From Takakia lepidozioides (lineage: Eukaryota; Plantae; Bryophyta), in contig CM060733.1 of NCBI GenBank assembly GCA_030704615.1, positions 14,322,001-14,386,000 on the forward strand: DNA of 64,000 nt, in the 5' to 3' direction. Made by a program: the position numbers and the translations under genes. Under the pieces are notes generated by a model that ran no database searches, was not told the DNA's origin, and saw only the letters and a list, made by a program, of their open reading frames with translations. Positions 56,901 to 64,000 of this stretch are shown one piece after another. The stretch's first letter is position 1. Each line of letters starts with the position of its first letter.

Positions 56901-59900
56901 ACACTAGGGTTTTATGGTAGTGGATGGGATGGAGTTTTCAGGGCCATTCCCTATTTCAGATCTCCCTTGGTTGATCGTCTTGAAGAGCCCTGTGAGAAAA
57001 GCTGTAGAAAAGAGATTCATATCTGCTTCATGACTCAAGGACTGAGATACAGTGAAACAGTCCGACTAGGAGCTATGAACAGGATCTTAATTGCAGGTCA
57101 GTTGGTTGAGCAGGAACTCTCAGTACTGGAGGTGATGGACACTTCTCAAAACCTGAGTATGTTTCGGTCATTGAAGGAACACCAGTTGCATATTCTGCTC
57201 GACAATATCTACATAGGTGACAGCTTCCCTGTGGAGCGATCCAGATTACTGCTGGAGAAGAGCCGGGTTGTGCGAACAAGGGGGATTGATGGGCTTTTCA
57301 CTTGCATTGGGTTATTGTCAGAAGCTTTGTCTCTTTTGGTAAGTGTCTGGAAAGAGGGTTTTGATGCATCTGTTGGAAAAGTATCAGACATATGCTCCTT
57401 AATGATGTTGCACACTTACTGTCAAAGGGTCACATGACCTATTTTTTTAAGACTGCCATTTGTTGATGCCTGAATGATGCTTGATTGTCTTCAAAGTCAT
57501 AGCCAAATTTGGTATGTCTTTAAGAATAGGCAGTGTATGCTGTTCACATTGCACATAGGTTTTCAACCCCTGATGGAGTTAGATAGGAAAAAATCACCCT
57601 TACAGGACAGGTAAGCAGAAAATCCCAGCTGCCAGTGCTAGAGACCATAATTAATGATGTCCTAGCCTCCATTGTTTGCTTTATACAAAGAAATATGAGG
57701 GTGTCTACAGTACACTCAGTTACACTGGTGATGTATGACAGCATACAGCTTTGGAGGAGTCACAAAGAACCACTGGAGATATGTTTCTCATCGCATGCTT
57801 GGCGAATCAATTGGGAGCGACATCCTGTGTTCGGGCCCTCTGTGCTTATGAGCTGGATCCATATACCCAGGTATGACAGACTGGGGGAGCAGTACCAATC
57901 TAAAGATCACGAGAAAATTAGTGGGAGGGGCAGGGATGGCTCGTGTCGTGTTCTGAAAATCAGGGAGATCAGTGAATTTTACTGAAGCTAAGCTTTGCAG
58001 GAATACATTGAGGACATTGTTGCAGGTTTTAAACTTTGGAGAACCTCACTTGAAGCTCAGAAGACCTTTACTGGGTTGGAGGCACAAGGCAATGCTAGAT
58101 CAGAATATCAAGTGGAATGGCTTGGAGAAGCCTCTCTTGGTCTTTAATTGAACGTATTTGACCTTCTCTCATTGAAGGTAATCCTTAACTAGTGTTTAAG
58201 ACTGGTCATGGATGTATATTCACAAAGATCTTGGCTGTTGGAGAGATGATCATCTTGATAGCTAGAAACACATCTCTAGACTGTCCCTATTATCTCACAA
58301 GTTATATAAACCCTGTGACATTACCACCCTGTTACATAATAAGTGTCACTATATAAACCTGTGACATTTAGCATTCAATTGTGCTGATATAAGCAGCTGT
58401 ATGTTAACAGGGTTATTCAGGTTTACAATATGAAGCACAGGAGTTGATTTTTGATATGGCAGCAACTGTCCAAGTCTGTTCTGGGCAAGAGTTGTGTGCA
58501 GCCCTGTGGGCAAATAAACGGCTCGGCCATGTGTTATGCCTTGTACCTGTTCCTACCAATTTTTGCAGCTTAGTCAGCCAAAAGCTGGGAGTACCAGCCA
58601 ACTCCTTGGAGTTCTGGCAGAACTGTGCAAAGCATTGTCCGAGTTCTCTCTTGGATGCTCAACAAAGGGAGATCTGTCATGACCTTCTCGACCAAAGCTG
58701 CAACAATCGTAACACATGCAACATTCCACCGCATGTTTCTGAAGGTTATGATGAGCTGGAGGAGATGGCGTTGTCACAGATCCCCATAGTGAGCACATCT
58801 ATCCTGCACTGTTTGAATCTGTGTTAGAATGCAGCTTCATACGTCTCTCTTTTCTGCTCTGTCTGTGGTTGTGAGTTCTGGGCACCTGGAGTTCCAGTTT
58901 CCTGGTGGGAAAAGAATCTGGAACCATTGCAGTCATCTGTTCTCCAAGCAATGCTTGGCGCCAGAGGCACAACTCCATCTCACATCCTAGGTGCAGAGTT
59001 CGCATGTGTGCCACGTCAAACTGAGGCCCTCTTCCGGCTTACGATCTTTCTTCGGAGATTACAAGCCCTTCCACTCATGGGGCTCGTGGCAAAGAGCCCT
59101 CACAACTATTATTAGGCTCAAAACTGCAGGTTTCAAGCACTCCTGGTATGCTCGAGTGGACAGTTTTTCTGAGCGCAATGGACTCTCTATTGCTTCACTA
59201 TTACCAGTGAATCCAGAAGGGGTGTACATCACATCCAAATAGGATTGCAACAGACTCATTAGAAGGGAGCTTATGGAACTACATGTCAGGAGAACTTGGA
59301 AGCTACCCAATCTCACGACAAAGCTCCATTTCTATCGATAGACATTCTTGGTTCTCTGAGATGATAGAGTCTTGCGGCCCAATTACCTTTCGGCACCTTT
59401 ATCTCCTTCCCTCCTGAGGGCATTGGGGCGGTTCAGGGTGGGCTCCCACAATCTATGGATAGAGACTGGCAGATGGGAAAACCCGCAACGGGAGGACCGC
59501 CTATGTCCAGCTTGCACAGGGCGCAACCGGGAAAATGAAACTGAAGAACACTTCTTCTATTACCCTCTATACTACGAGATCCGTGGGAGATTCCACTGTC
59601 TATTCCGCGGAACCCACGCTCTCACTGAAGTCTTCCACTATGAGGATCAGAAATGCTTGGCAGCTTACCTGCACGAGGCCTTCACCCTTAGACAATCACT
59701 CGAGCAATAGTTTTATTTTTGGCTCTGGTTTTGTTTCTCTCTCATGTTTCTTCCATTTTGTCCCATAAGCTCTATGAGCTTTCTGCAGACGTTATAAAGT
59801 ACCAATTCATTTCATTTCATTTCTGTTGTGCCTAACTGTCCATTGGTTCTTCTATCTGTCTAGTCTCATGCAGTGGAGATTGGCAGGGCCGACAAGGCAC

Positions 59901-62900
59901 AAGAGGACCCCTTGTATTGGCAGGGCTCTACTACATGCTGGCAGAGCGTGCATCAGACAGAGGTCACATTAGAGAGGTGGCTGGCAATATCCTTTTTGTG
60001 CTTTTTCTCCTGGTTTTAGCTCTTTGTCCCATAGGCTCTTGAAGCTTTCTGTGGATGTGAAGGACATTTCTTCTTTCACTGTCCTTACTACTATGAGATC
60101 CGTTGGAGATTCTATTGCCTGTTTTGTGATACCTAATCTCTCATGGAGGTTTGCATGAGGCATTGACTCTAAGACAATCCCTTGTTTTTGGGCTGCTTTT
60201 GGGAGGGCCCATTTCATTTCATTTCTTTCTTTCTCGTTTTCAGTTTGGCTCTTTGAATTCACACTGTAAATAATCTACCAACCTTGAAGAATGGCAGTTG
60301 TCTGTTATTGTGGAGCCCCAGACCTTATGCAACTCCATAGCCTAGGTGCAGGTGGAGGGGACTGTCAAGACCTTCATTTGCTTGAACTTTTTTGACTCTG
60401 TGCATGGTGTAGGCACTGAAATATGCAAAGGAAGGGTTTCGCTTGCGGTCGAGAGTATTCAACAGAACCTTCCAGATGCCAGGAAAAGTGTCTTCATGCT
60501 CGACTATCAAGACTTCTCAATCAAGTCTCTCAGGATATGATGCTGAGAAGCAGAAGACCGTTGGATTGGAAGTTTCTGGGCAAGCTGCAACGCTCACTTG
60601 GCCTGGGTTGACCACTTCTGGGTGGAATCTAGAGTTTGGGCCCAGCCAATGGTGTGTCTTAGGGGACTACATAGAGAGCCTCATGCAGGTCCATTTTCAA
60701 AACTTTTTGCAGCTGCTGCATTCAGATGCCATTTTCTATATGTTTAGATGGATTCTACTCCATGAACTGTATAGTCAGGCGATAACCTTTTGGCTGAAAT
60801 TACTTTCTGGAAATGACAGGTCGGAGTGATAAATGAGAAGATGGGAGCTGTGGATGATGCAGAGCGCAGCTTCCGTGAAGGAAAATGCCTCACTCTAGCC
60901 CAACACATGCCACTTGCACATGCTGCTTTCAGCTCTTTCTTGGGTAAAAGTTCTCTTGACCCAATCAGCAGAGGTGCATATAAATCATATTCTTGGGTAC
61001 CAATCTGTGTCATGACCATCACACTCTGTGGCTTTATCTAAGGTCAAAACACAGGACTTGAGTCAAAGGTGTATTGCATCATCCTTTTGCTTTTGCTGCT
61101 TGACAGTGTTCAGATTTACGGTTTGGAAATATTGCATGAGTTTCCTGGGTGTCTCCTTGGTCAATTTGTGCCTCATATGCGTCGCTTATTGGACTTATTT
61201 TCTTTCCACAAAGAAATCACCCTGCCTTATTGAGCCTGCCATATGTGTGGATGGTGCCACACCCAAGATAATTTCATCACTTGTTGGGTTTGTAATGTAT
61301 AGGTGAGGTACACCGTAAACGGCACCAATGGGAGCTGGCAGAGAGTGACTTAATGCAAGCAAAGCAACTACTTGGTGAGCTAGACTGTGCATTGGTCTGC
61401 AACCACTGCAATATTGCAGGCCATGCTCTTCTGGACCTCCGACTTGGTGACCTTGCACGTCGGCGGTCTGATGATCGAAAACTTCTTCAGTGTGAAGTCC
61501 ACCAGTATGACGACGAGTCTGGGTCCTCTGTGAAAGCTTCTCCCATCAGTGCTAGCGATGCTCTTTCTTGTTATCAGTCTGCAAAAGAAACCCTCCTTGA
61601 ATTGCTGGCCAGGATTGGTGTGACATGTGAATGTACCTTGAGATTGTTCACCAGCAAAGCAGAAGTTCAGCTCCCTGGGGTTCTGGAGAACAATGCCTAT
61701 GTGTCGTCCTCAGCAGCCCCCAGAAAGAAGGCCCCTGCCAGGAAAAAGCTGCCAGAAGTTTTGCAGTACATTGGTGATAATTGTCTGGCTAGGGTGGAGG
61801 GAGCCAGTTTGCAAAGGATGGTGAAGACAGAAAGCTGTATCTCTTCACAGTCCACAGTGAGTGCCTCTAGAGAGCAAAATCTTGATGGGAAGATGAGGGA
61901 AGCATTGATAAGTACAGACCTACAGGTTCCATTGCCAGAAATGAAGGAAAAACAGAATAAGAGCCAACCATGCACTGAGGAAAGACCGGTCAGGAGACAA
62001 GGTCTTCGCTCTCAGAGTAAGTTCTCTTAGGATATCATTGCTTGCAGCATTTGTTTTCCTAAAATGATTCAGGGGTTAGCAGGTACCCTACAGTGCTAAG
62101 CCATGCATGATGAAGGTTGATCAAGTGAGTTCTTTCCACACTGATTTTCTCAGGACATCCTAAATGTGTTAATCTAACTCAGATGCCACCCGTCAGATTA
62201 TACAAATTGTTGTTTTGTAGCACCAGTTCACATGTTAAGGAACAAGGGTGCTGCTTTGAAGGCTCTTCGGTCTCAAGTTGCATCACACATTATGAAAGAG
62301 GACCCTGCAGTGATAGCCGACCACCCTCAAGAAAGGCCAGTTGGTATAAAACTTCAGGACGCAGGCTGTGAGAAAACAGTTTGGCTTTTCTATAAATATG
62401 CTGTTGTTACACCCTTCTGGTGCATTGGGCTGTAGAACTTTATGAAGCCAGTGAGGCAACCGAAATGGTTACTGTGGAGGAGAAGCAGCCACTCCGAAGA
62501 CGGAAGCCAAAAGCTCAGCAAGCTGTAGAAGTTAAGACTGACAACTTTTCAGGTCCCCCAACAAAGGGAGGTAAGACTGCTTGTCACCATAGGAGTCATC
62601 ATCTGAGCAATTACTTGGTGCTGAATGACTTTTTGTTAAACCTCCTTGCAGTTGAGTCTACTGTTAATTATATTGGATGTCAAGGTCGTTCATGGAGGAT
62701 TTGTTTTACAGACATCCTACAATGTGGTCACCGTTGTATTGCCACACTTACGAGCCCTTCTTTGTGAAAGGTTTATCACTAGCTCACATGCTTGCCAGGG
62801 TAAAAGCTTCCCTCGTAGGAGCTGGCAGACACCTCTACTAAAGACCACTATGAAACAGAAGGACTGACTGCTATCACGCAACCAGTTGATCGAGTTCAGG

Positions 62901-64000
62901 TTGGAGGGATATCTACTAGGAGAAGAATAAATTTGGACAACTTGGAGGACACGGCCGCAGTTGTGAGGCAGAGAAGAACAACAAAGCAGAAAAAGCTATT
63001 AGAGAGGAAGGAAGAATCAATGGTAAGCTGCCCGCCCAATGTAAATGACACTGTTCACAGTTTTTCTGGTTTGGGAGGAAGGTGCCCATGCGACCACAGA
63101 AACCGAATATCCCAGGAATTGCCCACAATGCAGGCATGGACATGTCACCTATGGGCTAAATATGGGCACCAACTCTTGGCCCGTGTGCTCACCCAGGCAG
63201 GTGAGCAATTTGTTTTGGTCCATGTTCTTTTTTCAAATGTCTCCTGATTTTGCTTTGACTTGCCACTCGGTCAACAGGAGGTTTGTCTTGTGCTCAATGC
63301 AAGATCTCAATCTTGGGTAGGTGATAGTGAGTTCTTAGTTTCGATTGCATTATTTTGACAGTTTTCAAATTGAGAAAAGAAATTTGTTTGCTGACTATCA
63401 AAAGTATCCTCTCTGATGAAGTGAACTCAAGATTGGGACATCATGCCTTATTAGTAGACATGCATAGAATTGTGGCAAGGGCATTGTCATGACATGTGGA
63501 TTGTGAGGATTGAGGACTGCAGATTACATTTATGACCAGCAAGTGCTTATTTTTTCCCGGCAGCTTTCCCTAGTATCACACAACGCTAGAGGCACAGAAA
63601 CGTGAGAAAATGAATCCGATCATCCAACAATCAATAATCAAGCAGGTCATCTGGGGCAGTACTAAACCTGACCTAAAGGTCACAAAATGATAAACTGAAA
63701 GTAACAAGCATATAAAAACATGTGTCCCTCAATGTAGTAAGTTGTGACGTGTAGTAATACTATGTGCCCTACTGGTCATGACAAAGCAGGGAAGTACCAT
63801 ATGGAGTTTGGTGACTATGCTGCAGCTGATGAGATGTACCAGCAGGCCATGTGTGTTCTAGGAGTACGCCTAGAGAGCAGCCCTACCACTTTATGGTGTG
63901 ATGAGCAGCCTCGCCATCCTGCATGCACACCTGAGGAGACAATAAGAGACCAATACCCCATTGAGGAGGCAGCACTGTTGTACCATATGAGCCGGCTACA
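50951..64000 (+). CDS. ESP1: Separase, N-terminal and central portion; the C50 protease domain lies beyond the window
   Basis: More than 20 exons with plant-separase-like segments, including PFEIEIQRCGLVRRL, WLMSSTYNMG, LLDNIYIGDSFPVERSRLLLEKSR, SCVRALCAYELDP, EYIEDIVAGFKLW, LWANKRLGHVLC, LAGLYYMLAER..ALKYAKEGFRLR, WCVLGDYIESLMQ and GAVDDAERSFREG. The last exon is still open at 64000. Confidence 0.85.
52858..53050 (-). mobile_element. Cluster of about three LINE family A 3' tails in a separase intron
   Basis: Repeated AAATGAAATG..GGTACTTT.TAA..TCCGCA / AAAGCTCAAAGAGCTTATGGGACAAAA, the reverse complement of the family A terminus. Confidence 0.75.
55170..55530 (+). mobile_element. LINE family A fragments (a tail followed by an ORF C-terminal piece) in a separase intron
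   Basis: GGACGTTATAAAGTGCCATTTAATTTCATTTC, then EEHFFFHCSLYYEIRGRF..FHYEDQKCLAAYLHE, nearly identical to 59540-59700. Confidence 0.8.
58865..59823 (+). mobile_element. 5'-truncated LINE family A (RT thumb, Zn knuckle, 3'UTR and (ATTTC)n tail) in a separase intron
   Basis: GCEFW..LEPLQSSVLQAMLGARGTTPSHILGAEF (post-RT), then LGRFRVGSHNLWIETGRW..REDRLCPAC..ETEEHF, then hairpin AAGCTC-TAT-GAGCTT and ATTCATTTCATTTCATTTC. Confidence 0.88.
59990..60230 (+). mobile_element. Rearranged LINE family A fragments
   Basis: 3'UTR piece TGTCCCATAGGCTCTTGAAGCTTTCTG joined to GAAGGACATTTCTTCTTTCACTG..TACTATGAGATCCG and ending CCATTTCATTTCATTTC. Confidence 0.72.

Noticed and set aside
58303-58370. Short direct repeats TATATAAACC(C)TGTGACATT in a separase intron
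   Set aside because: Two copies of about 20 bp, consistent with local slippage; no further structure.

Overview
Gene-dense nuclear DNA from a land plant. The PPR motif style and the transposon content suggest a non-seed plant (bryophyte, lycophyte or fern); this is an inference. Twelve protein-coding loci can be reconstructed by hand from the ORF track plus splice sites. In order: an FGGY carbohydrate kinase (runs off the left edge), a PLS-class PPR gene with a frameshifted DYW deaminase domain, a DnaJ-like Zn-finger protein, plastid ribosomal protein L1, a plastid GNAT acetyltransferase, NUP43, KAE1/OSGEP, an At5g39570/PLDrp1-like protein, TRAPPC3/BET3, CDK5RAP1/MiaB, an O-fucosyltransferase (DUF246) and separase (runs off the right edge). 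Three consecutive gene pairs are head-to-head across 350-530 bp spacers. Introns and intergenic DNA carry two recurrent LINE families that do not look like ordinary plant L1. Family A ends in a stem-loop plus (ATTTC)n tail; family B has its ORF stop at the element end and forms a tandem stack in one intron. There is also a pogo-like element with perfect TIRs nested in a LINE endonuclease frame, several MITE-like remnants at 10.9-16 kb, and two predicted GC-AG introns. No rRNA, intact tRNA or CRISPR features were seen. I could not identify a clear multi-gene novel system. The best leads are the PPR editor losing its DYW domain while keeping its RNA-recognition code, and the unusual LINE/SINE families. 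Exon coordinates were read by eye and may be off by a few bases.
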